A stretch of DNA of 63,182 nucleotides, filler included, from Rozella allomycis CSF55 (Eukaryota): the NCBI GenBank assembly GCA_000442015.1. It is 15 parts of 15 records of this genome, joined end to end, with 100 filler letters (N's around TTAATTAATTAA, not from the genome) between each part and the next. Parts side by side here need not be neighbours in the genome. Positions count along the whole stretch, not along the records: positions 40,477 to 59,201 come from KE560749.1; positions 59,302 to 60,385 come from KE560756.1; positions 60,486 to 61,603 come from KE560760.1; 12 more parts are not named here. One strand, 5' to 3'. Of the stretch, positions 49,329 through 61,703 are shown piece by piece; position 1 is the stretch's first letter; each line of letters begins with the position of its first letter. The notes beneath the pieces were generated by a model, which had not been told where the DNA came from, searched no databases, and saw only the letters and a list, made by a program, of their open reading frames with translations. Made by a program: the position numbers and the translations under genes.

Positions 49329-50239
49329 TTAATTAAACATGTATCGAATTATAAGCGCCCCAAATACGATTGCCGAAATTAATGGAATGCCTGCATGAAG
49401 ATTAACAGACTCGCTTTGACTTCCTGGTTGCGCCTTTGGTTCGGATAAGCCTACGCATTCTTCGGCGTTCAGAAAGCTAATAGACAATTTTTGCAGTTCT
49501 GGTAAAAGGACTGGCATTGTATTCGCCGTTTCAATGTGAATGTCATGCATGAGGAGAATCGGCGAAATGGGAGCGGCGGCTTTTATTTGCTGTAAAGTGC
49601 TATTAGTTGTTTTTTGCGGATTCAAATATGACCAATCCATTGAATCTACATTCCATAATATCATTCGATATCCTTGATTTGCAACAATATCAACCGTTGA
49701 TGAATTGTAAGCGCCGTAGGGAAATCTAAAGTATTTGACCTCGTATCCTTTTAAAATCATACCCTTAACGTACCTGTAGCCTCTTTAATAACCTGCCTAG
49801 TCTTGGAGAGATCATCAATGATGGCAGCTTCGCTCAAAGTCGTGTAGTTTATGTGCGACCAGCTATGGCTAATGATTTGATGACCTTCATCAATTATTCG
49901 TTTCGCGATGGAAGGATTTTGTTGCACTAGACTTCCAAGCACAGCAAAGGTGGCTTTTACTTTGCGCGCTTTAAGCTCATCAAGAACTTTTGGGGTTGAG
50001 GTCCTGATTTAAGGTAATGCATTATTTTTTTACGGATTGGGGCCATCATCAAAAGTTATTGCGATATTTTTGCTCCCTAAACAAACACTGAAAAGCCCTC
50101 TGTCATCTGGTGGATAGGCAGTGGAGGATGTGATCAATGCCTTGTGCGCACTCATTACCCTAGCAGGGACTGGAGGTAGTTTCTCCAAAGATACATTTGA
50201 AAGAAAAATAAGACACAGACAAAGTAGCAGGCGGGTCAT
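49329..50239 (-). CDS. CE4/NodB polysaccharide (chitin) deacetylase, secreted, with a C-terminal hydrophobic or GPI tail
   Basis: TFDDGP, HSWSH, FRFPYG, WNVDSMDW and LLMHD motifs; signal MTRLLLCLCLIFLS; two introns. Confidence 0.93.
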
Positions 50240-50413
50240 TAAAATTTTCCGAGAGGTGAATTGGCGACAACGTTCCCATAGCGAGTCTTTGAAAAAATCT
50301 ACCAATCGGATTTAGGATTATTATCTGTCGTCTTTTAATTCGTTTTTATGAATAAATTGATAGATCTATCAAAAATTCGACTTTGCCACATATTAGTGTA
50401 AACAATCGCCAAC

Positions 50414-53400
50414 ATGGCCTACACGTCGAAAAACAAGCGAGGATTATTGGAGGACATGGTACTTTTGTCACGGATAAATGAATCTGAAATCAATGATAAC
50501 TTGAAGAAAAGATATGACGATGATCTAATATACGTAACCCAGCCGTTGTTTAATTACAGACATATATTGGCCCAGTTTTAATTGCCGTTAATCCGTTTAA
50601 AAAATTGAGTTACTTTACAGATAAAGAGATTGAATTGTATCAAGGTTCTGCTATGCATGAGAATCCACCACACATATATGCGATTGCTGACGCAATGTTT
50701 CGAAACATGCTGATTGATGAAGAAAATCAGTGTGTCATAATATCGGGTGAAAGTGGGGCTGGAAAAACAGAGAGTGCGAAATTGGTGATGAATTACATAT
50801 CCGCCGTTTCTGGGAAAGGAGGAGAAGCAGTCGAAAGGATAAAATATATTATTCTTGAAAGCAATCCGTTGCTTGAATCGTTTGGAAATGCAAAAACACT
50901 GAGAAACAACAATTCTAGTAGATTTGTAATTTGAGATTATTCGTTAAATAGGGGAAATATTTTGAGATTCTTTTCAATCGTGGAGGGATGCCTGTTGGAG
51001 GAAACATTTCAAATTTTTTGTTGGAAAAGGTGAATTTCGAATTATTTTTTAATCTAGTCACGTGTTGTTGGATTAAAGCAAGGGGAAAGAAATTTTCATA
51101 TTTTCTATCAAATGACAAAAGGCGCTAATAAATTTGAAAAGGAGAACTATGGAATGACAAATCCTGATTATTTTAATTATCTGCGTCAGAGTGGAACATA
51201 TGATGCGGATGGGATTGACGACGTTGCGGATTATCAGGAAGTTAAAGTATGGACAATATATTTATGCAATGTATTTAGAAGGCGATGGATATTTGTGGTT
51301 TTTCTAAAGAAGAGATTAGTTGTATTTTTGAGCTGGTTGCTGGTATATTGCATTTAGGAAACATTGATTTTATTGAACAAGGAAATGGAGCAGTGGTTAG
51401 AGATCCTGACAGTATGATTGTTGTGTATGATTTATAGCACTTAGCTTCCCATCATATTTGCTTGGGATTAAAGAAAATGAATTGTCAAAAAAGTTGCTTA
51501 GTAGAATAATGAACTCTGGCAGCAAAAGAGGAAGTACGTATGATGTTCCAATGAATGTTCAACAAGTAAAAACGTTGATTATTCTTGAAAGGCTACAAGT
51601 GCAAGAGATGCATTAGCAAAGGCTTTGTATTCTCGGCTATTTGATTGGCTTGTGAAGGCAGTTAATAGAGCAATGACAAGGAAAGAAAAATCACAAACTG
51701 TAAATCTTGGAGTTTTGGACATTTACGGATTTGAAATTTTTGAGCAGAATGGTTTTGAACAATTTTGTATAAATTATGTGAATGAGAAGCTGCAGCAAAT
51801 ATTTATTGAATTGACATTAAAATCTGAGCAAGAAGAATATGTAAAGGAAGGCATTAAATGGACTCCAATTGAATTTTTCAATAACAAAATTGTTGTTGAT
51901 TTGATAGAGGGAAAAGTAAGAATATTTTTTGTTGATTTTAGCGCCCTGTTGGAATCATGGGAGTGTTGGATGACATTTGCGCGACAACTCATGCGATTAC
52001 TGAGGGATCAGATGTGAAATTTGTACAAAAAATGACAGATGTTGTTGGCAGTAATCCACACTTTCAAGGCATGTCCACTCATTTTATGATTAAACACTAT
52101 GCTGGGAACGTTACTTATGAATCTGAAGGGTTTTCTGAATCAAACAGAGATAGTTTGTTTAAAGATTTGGTATTGCTAGTTCAAACAACATCAAAGTAAA
52201 CTACAATTATTTATCATTCAACAGAAATTTTATTAGAGATTTGTTTCCAGAGGACATTAATGAAGATTCCAAGAAACGACCAACAACATTCTCGTTTAAA
52301 ATAAGAAACCAAGCCAATGAGTTGGTAAAGGAACTAACAAAATGCAAACCTCATTATATTCGCTGCATAAAACCAAACGAAACGAAAAGACCCAGAGATT
52401 GGGATTCAAAAAGGTAATAAACAAATTAAAGATGGACAAGGGTTGATCATCAAGTTCGATATCTAAATTTAAAAGAAAATATAAGGATTAGAAGAGCTGG
52501 GTATGCGTATAGAGAAACATTTGAGAAATTTCTGAAAAGGTAAATAAACTTTGTATTCAAAAACAATAGATATGCTATTTTAACTAGAGAAACATTTCCG
52601 TGTTGGAATGGAAGTGTAAATGATGGCATAAATCATATTATGAATTCAGTAAAAATGGAAAATGATCAATTTCAAATTGGCTTGACTAAAATATTTATAA
52701 AGAATCCCGAATGTGTAACAATTTAATTTTGAATTTATGAATAGTTGTTTCTGTTGGAAGAAACTAGAGAGCGCAAGTACAACGCCTATGCGAAAATAAT
52801 TCAACGAGCATTCAGAAAATACAAAATGAGAAAATATTTTCTTGAATTAAAAAAGAAATGTAAACAATTAATCTCTCTTTTTAAATAGCATATGATATTG
52901 TTTATGGCAAGAAAGAAAGACGACGATTTACTTTAAACAGAGAGTTTGATGGCGATTATCTTCACATTCCAGAAAACCCGATAATAAAACAATTGATTGG
53001 GAAACAAAATGTTTTGTTTGCTGACAAAATAATAAAATACGATAGAAGGTTTCGACCACAAGAAAGGGAATTGGTGGTGACGAATGAAGAGATCTTCATC
53101 ATTGGCATAGAAAAAGTAAAAAGTGGACCTTCAAAAGGAACTTTTACTAAAATTGTAAAGAGAGAAATCCCAATCAAAACTGTTACGCAGATAATCACAA
53201 GGTAATCATCAAATATTACTTTAATCAGTTCAAAATGCGACGATTTCATTGTTTTACAAGTTTTTAATGACTATGATACTCTGTTTGAAAATGTTTGTAA
53301 AGTTGAACTCTTATCAGTTCTCAGCCAGCTTTACTTCAATTTAACCAGCAAGCCACTACCCTTGTCATTCAGAGATTCGTAAAATCATTTTCTTGCTTAA

Positions 53401-53931
53401 AAAGGTTTTCCTTTACTGTCAAAAACGTTACATTCGAAAGGAATGGTGAAAGATTCGTGTCAATTGTTAATGGCCCATCCTTGAAGTATCAAGTAAATGG
53501 GAAAACAATGACTGTTTCTGTTCCTATTGGTTTGCCAAACACTTCCCAACCTTCAATCAATAATAAAAGAAGAAGCAATCTAGTTACAAAAGGCACCATC
53601 AATGGACCAAAGAAGCAAGTTGGGCGGACTGCAAATTTGGGTTCACAGCTGGCAAACTTGAAAGTTGAAAATAAATCTTCATTAGATAAAGCAAGAGTTG
53701 CACCACCAAGACCAGTTCCTGCTAAACCAAAGCTGCCTCAATGTAAAGCTTTGTATCAGTACGAAGCAAGAGAAGCAGACGAATTATCAATTAACCCTGG
53801 AGATATTATCACAATTATTAATTCTGATGATCAAGGTAATTACACATTCACTTTATTGTACAGGTTGGTGGGTTGGAACTTTTGCAGGCAAAAAGGGAAT
53901 GTTTCCAGCAAACTATGTAGAGAAAATTTGA
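50414..53931 (+). CDS. MYO1: Long-tailed class I myosin (motor-IQ-TH1-SH3)
   Basis: [34 protein letters not shown] site [11 protein letters not shown]1; C-terminal SH3 (ALYQYEA...GWW...FPANYVEKI*); many short introns. Confidence 0.95.
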
Positions 53932-54304
53932 TTTATATTATTTTTCATTGTCTTTGTATATAAATAAACCTATGTTTAAAATATACTGTTTTTGTCTTCA
54001 ATATTTTGTTCTAAGTATCAAATTATGAATTCTCGCATTCCCAGGCTACCGTACAGACATATTAATGGCATGTGATGATACTATTGGAAATATAACAATC
54101 TACTTTGCATCTATTAATAGAATCAAAAGATAAATAAGCATTCGATTATTGACAACATCACACCAGGGTTGTAAAATAGAAGGTGGTAGAAACTGTTGCG
54201 GATGTTTTTACAGTATAATTCTAAAGTGTACCTAACTATTTACTCATACTGCTCTAATTATATTCTCTTTGAGAGGTGGATCGATGGCAGGATTAAGTAA
54301 TATC

Positions 54305-55756
54305 GATAACCTATCGTCTTTACGTTGAAAAAAGCATTTCAATCATTCGTTAATCGTTATTAATATTAAATATTATTTCAGATTAATACATATCAAAGTG
54401 TCATATTCGAGACGCATTAAAAACTATATTACAAGCAATCTGCAGGCACTTGGTTATCATATCAATACAGATTGTTTCTTGNCTATCGTCTTTACGTTGA
54501 AAAAAGCATTTCAATCATTCGATCATCGTTATTAAATATCATTTCAGATTAATACATAACATATAGTGTCATTTTCGAGACGTATTAAAAACTATATTAC
54601 AGAGAATCAGCTGGCACTTGGCTATTATATCAATACAGATATGCTTCTTGACTAATGATTCATAAAAGCAATCAAAGCATGGTTTTCGAATTGCAAAATC
54701 TCTTTACGATGGTAGGATTAGGATGGGTGGAAGACTCGAAGAGCTTTTGGCCTTTTGTTGAAAATCCATGTCTGTTAAATGCCATTAAATATTATTAAAG
54801 ATTAATACGTATCATAAAGCGTCATTTCCGAGACAAAGTTCAGATTAATACGCAACATAAAGTGTCCTTTTCCGAGACGTAATAAAAACGATATTACTGA
54901 CACCTGCAAAGCTTATTCCACTGTTATTATATTAATAATACAAAAAGGCGATTAATAAGTGTTCCTTTGGCTCTGAAAGATGAAAAAGGAAGAGAAGTTA
55001 AGACTTCGGATTTCGTTTCTTGTCATGTTTCAACATGCAATATCCCGAATATGTTTCATTTAGAATGTCTGATGTCAAACTATGGACTAANGATCAATAC
55101 GTAACATAAAGTGTCAGTTTCCGAGACGTAATAAAAACGATATCGTTGACATTCTGCAGGCACTTGGTTATCATATCAATACTGATAAGCTTCTTAGACT
55201 GCCGTTGTAATACTTATAATTTAGATAAACAACCAAAACGTGATTTAATGACTATGAAAATCTCTTTAGGATAGGGTTATGAAGGGTCGAAGAGCTTGTG
55301 GCCTTATGTTGAAAAAGCATGCCAATCATTTGTTAATTGTCATTAATTATTANAGATATTAGGATTAGGATGGGTCGAAGACTCGAAGAGCTTTTGGCTT
55401 ATGTTGAAAAAGCATGCCAATCATTTGTTAATTGTCATTAATTATTATTAAATATCAATATGTAACATAAAGTGTCACTTCCGAGACAAATTTCAGATTA
55501 ATACGCAACATAAAGTGTCGTTTTCCGAGACGTAATAAGAACGATATATACTGACAACCGCAAAGCTTATTCCACTGTTATTACATTAATATTTAATATA
55601 ATAAAACGCAATTAAGAAGTGTGTCTGTGACTCTGAAAGATGAAAAAAGAAGAGAAGTTATAACTCACGTCTCTCGATTTCGTTTCTTCTAATGTTTCAG
55701 CATGCAATATCCCGAATATGTTTCATTTAAATGTGAATGTCAAACGATGGACTAAA
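54305..55756. repeat. Diverged non-coding repeat array with seven copies of a ~35-50 bp core
   Basis: Core GATTAATACGYAACATAAAGTGTCNNTTCCGAGAC near 54380, 54546, 54800, 54842, 55092, 55453 and 55495, embedded in longer duplicated blocks. Confidence 0.85.
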
Positions 55757-56003
55757 AATTACAAGTATTACACCTAATACTTTTAGAAATGAATGGGATT
55801 TGAAGACAATTGACTGGGAGTCTGGGATAAAATACAGTATTTGATGTATAGTATTAATAACAATAATTCGTTTTGCAAATAAGAGCAGCCTTGCTCTCAG
55901 CGGTTCAGGCCTAACTGCTTAACCAAATAGTGTGGCGCGACCAATTGATTCTCCGACAAGATTACAAATGGCAAAAATGTAAAGAAATGATATGTGATAA
56001 ATA

Positions 56004-56509
56004 TTACTTTATTGGCATTCCCAGTTCCCATTGCCAAGATTTTTCAAATATTCGATCTTAAACATGAACGTTTAAATGTTTTACTGAATCGATAGCTGTT
56101 ATGGCCCACTGTAGTAATCAGTACGGTACCTTCGATTTTGTATTTCTCTTTTCTAACTTCCGCGTAGCTTCCTGGTATGACTTTCGGTGTTTCATCAGGC
56201 TTTACATCAGGCTTTGGGTTTCCATCTTTCTTTAATAGCAATTGTTTGTTTCTAAATCCTCCATAGGCATCTTCATTCTGTTTAATTTCATCAATCTTGG
56301 TTTCCTTTTTAATCAAATCCGCATACTACATTGTTATAAAACATTGTTTTTACGTAATGGCAGTGTTCAGGCACAATGTTTGATATTGGCTCACTGATAG
56401 GCGAGGAGATGTCACGCAATATTATCATTAGCATTTGTATGAAATAGGTCTAATATCTGAATAACGGCGTCTAAAAACTTACAATCATGACTTTCATGTT
56501 TGTTTTCAT
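56004..56509 (-). CDS. Small spliced hypothetical protein, possibly secreted
   Basis: Short hydrophobic N-terminal exons plus a 90-aa Lys-rich exon; boundaries approximate. Confidence 0.4.
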
Positions 56510-57113
56510 TTCAATGGGGGGAGGAAATCACGCCCGTATTTATAGGGTAGATTTTCTTAGATAAACAAATATAAAATCTCTTACGTAAACAAACAAATCG
56601 TCGGCGATTTTGAAGTTGAATTTGTAAACAACAACAAGAATTTGAACATTTGAGAGTATCAATGCTAATTCTTGCATCAACTCTCATGAAAAATCGTTAT
56701 ACATTAATATTAGACCACTTATATAAATAATTTCTCGTATCTTTCATTAATTTACTCAAATTGGAATCTTTCACTCAATTACATTGATTACGAGGTCAAA
56801 TTTGTGAAATATCTAACACATATATGTGAACCATTCACTATTTAGTTGCTTCTACGAAATAATACTTTTGATAAATGCTCTTCGGCACTACAAAGAGTTT
56901 TAATTCCAATGACTTCCTCTGATGAATGAGAAACCAAACGCAAATCAGTTTGCCTCGAAATACGTCTCTCGAATTGCAAAGTTTAAATAACTAATTTAAT
57001 TTATCAAGTTCCAAATTTTTGATTAGAAATGACTTTATTACAAACGATAGCGGATTGTAGCTTCGGGAGGCAAAAATGGGTTGGTTTTGATGAAATATGT
57101 AGCAAGAAAATAA

Positions 57114-58150
57114 CTATAAATACTGTTTAATTTTTTGAATCTCGATTAATAATTCTTTTGTTTCAGTTTCAAAGATTTTGTGATCTTCAAATTTTTCATT
57201 TACCTCTAGTCTTTTGCCTACTTCAATAACAGATTTTAATCTGTTCGAAATAGACTTGATTAAGCTGTTTAATAAAGATTTGGATTCTTCATTCTTATAG
57301 TTGTTTATGTACGAATAGACCGTGTCATACATAGTTTTTGTTTGATTTAGCATCTGCTTCATTTTTTGTATCAACACGGAGCGGTCGGTTTCAATTTGAA
57401 TATCCAGAACAATCTTTGTCAAAGTCATTATTGCAAAGTCAATGTCATTTAGTGTTTGCCTACTATAATTGGACTCTCCGCTATATATGATCGCCCCCTC
57501 CAAATCCAGAATTAACGAGTCAAGTTTTTCGTCCAAGTTAGATTTGGCTCTATGTATGTTTGGAGCACTTAAGTCTTCTCCATTTCGATAATCGTTCAAG
57601 TCTTGCTTCAAGTTATGGATTTTAGAATTTGTTCCCAGCTGTGGCATTGATTTTGCTTTTAATAAGGTAGTATTTATATTTGAAGTACTCGAATTTAGAG
57701 ATGAGGCAGATGTGTCTAGACTGACCATAGGTCGCCCTTTCACATTAATAGCCTTCTCCATTTGACTGTACCATCTCGTTGCCTTTGCTCTTTCTAGGCA
57801 CATTATCCATGATGCTCTATTTAATGCAAAAGTGTTACTTACCTGTCTTCTTGGGACAAAGCAGCACAGACAAACACAGAATTATCAAACATTGTTAAGG
57901 AGAATGGATATCTTGTAGGAGAACTTGAAAATTCGTCTGTGTCCTTATTTTCACGAGATACTGATATAATATCTGTCGTATCAACAAACCACTTTAGTAG
58001 TTTCGAGTCATCGTCACTCATATATCCAAAACAATTCACATCAACGCGGAAAAAACGTTTGGACCATCTTGAATTTGTAATATTTCTTTTATACAACCAC
58101 CCAGAGTATAAAGGTTCTGGTAATGACGCTATGGAATTTGACCTTTTCAT
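57114..58150 (-). CDS. PH-domain protein with a C-terminal helical bundle
   Basis: LYSGWLYKRNITNSRWSKRFFRVD...FVCAALSQEDR; one intron near 57818-57842. Confidence 0.8.
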
Positions 58151-58205
58151 TAATTCCCGAGCCAAAAATATAAATCAAAATGAAATTTCAGTGAATTTTA
58201 TTGAA

Positions 58206-59006
58206 TTAGCACCTTCTTGTTGTCTCATAAAATGAAAGTTTAGCCAATTTAGACATGAAACTAAGATTCGTCAAAGAAATGGCGTTGCCTGGTTTCTTCC
58301 ACCCTTCGAGATACGGTATTCTTTCTTCCAAGAAAAATGACCTCGTGTATGATGATGGTACTTTACCATTTACTTGGAACAAGTAAAAGTATAGGGCAGC
58401 TTCACCTGCAGCAACTACTCTTTGACTATTGGAAAAAGTGAATTTTGGATCTTTTCTGGAAATGTCGCATTCAACATGCTTTCGATAATTTATTATATCT
58501 GAAACGCTTACAGAGCCGTTTCTGTCTCCATGTGATATCAAATCTTCAATCATAGAAGGTTGAGCGTTAACACAGTCATAATTATATTTCTCAGAAAAAT
58601 CACCTCTCGACAAAGACACGTCGTGCTCCAAAGCCTTCTCACTTGTCCTTCCCGGTACATTTAAGAAATCAAGATCTAGGTATTCACCGTATGTCTCATT
58701 GTTTCGTGCCATTAAATCATAAGCCCGGTTAACAATTCTTCTTCCAAATGTTTTATCCACATTATAAGCGTTAAACATAGCATCAACCATCTGTTGTCTT
58801 GTAATGTTCTTACCGTCCCTTGGCAAAAAACCATGATTGGCCATTGAATTCAATCCGGGACACGGAGAACGGACTCCTACACCTCGTGGTCCATTTCGTA
58901 TATATTCCGGGCTTAAATAATTTGGTTCAACTTGATTACGGGTGTTATTACCCTTTTCATACCATAGACCAAACATGATTAAACCTACAGCAAAAATCAA
59001 CGTCAT
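58206..59006 (-). CDS. Heme-thiolate peroxidase (chloroperoxidase / unspecific peroxygenase, short type)
   Basis: RSPCPGLNSMANHGFLPRDG (PCP thiolate ligand) and EHDVSLSRGD; N-terminal hydrophobic signal or anchor; intronless. Confidence 0.93.
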   Translation of the reverse strand: MTLIFAVGLIMFGLWYEKGNNTRNQVEPNYLSPEYIRNGPRGVGVRSPCPGLNSMANHGFLPRDGKNITRQQMVDAMFNAYNVDKTFGRRIVNRAYDLMARNNETYGEYLDLDFLNVPGRTSEKALEHDVSLSRGDFSEKYNYDCVNAQPSMIEDLISHGDRNGSVSVSDIINYRKHVECDISRKDPKFTFSNSQRVVAAGEAALYFYLFQVNGKVPSSYTRSFFLEERIPYLEGWKKPGNAISLTNLSFMSKLAKLSFYETTRRC

Positions 59007-59301
59007 TTAAGATTAATGAAATTTTGAAAAGCTAAATTTTAATCTGATTTCCAATTGCTTTGTAAATAAGGCCAAAGGTATCACAGTTTAATGAAATATA
59101 ACTATAATGAAATTCTCTCTATGTGTATACAGTATAGAATGCTCATTGATATAAGTTATAACTATCCTTATTGATCAAGTCTTTATCACTATATGTTTTT
59201 TNNNNNNNNNNNNNNNNNNNNNNNNNNNNNNNNNNNNNNNNNNNNTTAATTAATTAANNNNNNNNNNNNNNNNNNNNNNNNNNNNNNNNNNNNNNNNNNN
59301 N

Positions 59302-59529
59302 CTCGTTCTTGGACTCCTTTGTTTCTAACGACTTTTGGGGCGATTTTCTTAATGAAATACATTAATTCAATGTTACTTTTCTTTTTTGAGATCCTTTGTC
59401 AAGTTTTTCTTTCTCAAACTCTTGTTTTCTTTTAAGTAATTCAGCTTTTAATTCTACGGCCTATTTTTAAAAATACTAAGGTTTTACTGACGATGCACTG
59501 ACGTTTATGGACTTGGGTACTTTCCACAT
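59302..59529 (-). CDS. CCDC174-like protein N-terminus (rest in gap)
   Basis: Spliced MWKVPKSINVSASS/AVELKAELLKRKQEFEKEKL, resembling the CCDC174 N-terminal motif (SSLVDLKAELxRKxEEF). Confidence 0.65.
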
Positions 59530-59716
59530 TTGTTTAGCCACGATGGTTTTTCAAACTCAGAACCACTTTAATTACTTGAAAAGAAGTCCCCCATTTCTTG
59601 GATATAAAACACTGTAGATTCTCGTGTTTAAGCAAATTACTGATGAAAGAAGTTGTGGAAATGGAATATTAGTATTTATTAATTTAATTATAACGTAATG
59701 CTCTTTGAAGTCTGAA

Positions 59717-60385
59717 CTAGTATAGGTAATTTTTAAAGAGCGGCATTCTCTTAAGTTTCTCTATAGACTCGTCGTTGTATCCTGGCCTTAATGATTGTTT
59801 CTTTTGGAGTAATAACTTTAAAACGTCGAAGAAATCTTGATCCATATATGAAGGCTTCTCGATTTCATCTAACTGTCCGTTTGAACACAAATTTTCGTGT
59901 TTACGTATTTCAAAATTGACCGTATAAGGCAGCAAATACGCTCTTTTAATAGCAAGCTGTGAACGTTTTTTGGCATCGATGCTATTCCAGGCATGTACTT
60001 GATACATCATAACACCAAGTGCAATCCAATCTTTGTTACCACCATATTCGTTGCAGGGATAGTGCATTGCAACGTCATTCCATTTACCATTATCCCAGCT
60101 TTCTGCGAGCCCAAAGTCTATCAAGTTGAAGTCTTTCCCGTCCCAAAGGACATTTCGATCTTTGATATCATTATGAACAATTTTTGCGCGGTACATATCT
60201 TCAAAAGCAAGGATCGCTTTAGATAAAAGCCTTATTTGTTCATCTCTATCCATTAAAGCAGTGTTGGATTGGATGAGCTTTAATCTGTCATAAAGACTCT
60301 CCGACTTGGAATATTCTGTGACAAAAGCATTTTGGCTTTGACATGGCTGGACAATTGGGGCCACATATGGACTATTTTTAAGTAA
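59717..60385 (-). CDS. Divergent protein kinase domain (5' end in gap)
   Basis: IVHNDIKDRNVL, LIDFGLA, KDWIALGVMMY; no APE motif. Confidence 0.85.
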   Translation of the reverse strand, partial: LLKNSPYVAPIVQPCQSQNAFVTEYSKSESLYDRLKLIQSNTALMDRDEQIRLLSKAILAFEDMYRAKIVHNDIKDRNVLWDGKDFNLIDFGLAESWDNGKWNDVAMHYPCNEYGGNKDWIALGVMMYQVHAWNSIDAKKRSQLAIKRAYLLPYTVNFEIRKHENLCSNGQLDEIEKPSYMDQDFFDVLKLLLQKKQSLRPGYNDESIEKLKRMPLFKNYLY

Positions 60386-60485
60386 NNNNNNNNNNNNNNN
60401 NNNNNNNNNNNNNNNNNNNNNNNNNNNNNTTAATTAATTAANNNNNNNNNNNNNNNNNNNNNNNNNNNNNNNNNNNNNNNNNNNN

Positions 60486-61385
60486 ATGGTAGTTCCACCA
60501 CGGTCATCTTCTTTAAAAGGACACAGCCTTACATCAGGTATTAATACCGGGCATCCAACAAGTCAAAATCCACTGTCGAAAAGGAAATCACCGGTAGTTA
60601 TTTCAGATACAAATGGATTGGCCCAACCTTTACCAGAGAATTACTTGGTAGCACCAACTAGATCATCTTCATTAAAAGCCTATCGGGACAGCCAGCCACC
60701 AGGAACTGGAAATAAACATGCCAATAGCTTTATAAAAGCAACTGCTCCCACTAACCCCGTGGGTAACAAACAACCCCCAAAAAGTATGCCAGGAACTTCC
60801 AAAAAGGATCTGTCTACTATGTCTGTGGACGACATCTTTACTAATCCGAAAGCAATCTCTCAAGCTTTGAAATCGGCAANAATCTCTCAAGCTTTGAAAT
60901 CGGCAAGTTCAAGGACAGATTTGGAGCGAATTGATTCATTTGTTAAGTCTTCTGTTGAGGAGTTAAGAAGAATGCACAACGCAAAGGACCTATCGAAAGC
61001 AGAACTAAAATATCGAGAATCACAGATCATGAAAATTTTGAAAAATGCTCCAAGAAAGGATATGAAGACATCTTTACCAGGCGGTCTTGCCTCGGATTTG
61101 AATTTTTTCGCCAAATCATCCGAGGACTTATTGTCTGTTCAAAAAGCCACAAAGGCAATTTTTGGCAAATCTTTAAGTGAACTAAAAGGAGATGAATTCA
61201 CAAAAGCGCGAGATGTTTTTCTTTCTACTCTAAAATACGCACTGGTCCAAAAACGCGAAAAGCTGCTAAATGATCCTAACATTTTGGAGAAGCTGTCAAA
61301 AGAAGGCAGGGCTTTGAAGTTCAAAAAAAATGATATTTACGATTACATTAGGCTTTGGTGGCCCGAACTGGGTCGTCACCTTTAA
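60486..61385 (+). CDS. Hypothetical protein (Pro/Ser-rich segment, then helical)
   Basis: 299-aa ORF directly after a gap; repeated PxRSSSLK motif; may continue via splicing. Confidence 0.5.
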   Translation: MVVPPRSSSLKGHSLTSGINTGHPTSQNPLSKRKSPVVISDTNGLAQPLPENYLVAPTRSSSLKAYRDSQPPGTGNKHANSFIKATAPTNPVGNKQPPKSMPGTSKKDLSTMSVDDIFTNPKAISQALKSAXISQALKSASSRTDLERIDSFVKSSVEELRRMHNAKDLSKAELKYRESQIMKILKNAPRKDMKTSLPGGLASDLNFFAKSSEDLLSVQKATKAIFGKSLSELKGDEFTKARDVFLSTLKYALVQKREKLLNDPNILEKLSKEGRALKFKKNDIYDYIRLWWPELGRHL

Positions 61386-61703
61386 AATGCCTGTCGGTAG
61401 TGGGTCCGTCAAAATGATTATTCGAACCACTAATAAACAATATATTATTGGATTTCAATTTGGTATTCGATATCTTAAATTCTTAATAGTATCAATACTT
61501 TCACGCAGGGCTAAAAATAGATCTTGTAACCAAAAATGTATTTATTGGAAAGTTTCCCCTGATATGTTTTGGAGTTTTAGCAACGTCACTTTATTGCTTC
61601 TAGNNNNNNNNNNNNNNNNNNNNNNNNNNNNNNNNNNNNNNNNNNNNTTAATTAATTAANNNNNNNNNNNNNNNNNNNNNNNNNNNNNNNNNNNNNNNNN
61701 NNN

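Noticed and set aside
50414..53931. Many in-frame stops suggesting pseudogenes or an alternative genetic code
   Set aside because: Explained by ~26-35 nt GT-AG introns under the standard code.
54305..55756. CRISPR-like repeat/spacer array
   Set aside because: Repeats are degenerate and irregularly spaced, the intervening sequences are themselves repeated, there are no cas genes, and the context is eukaryotic.
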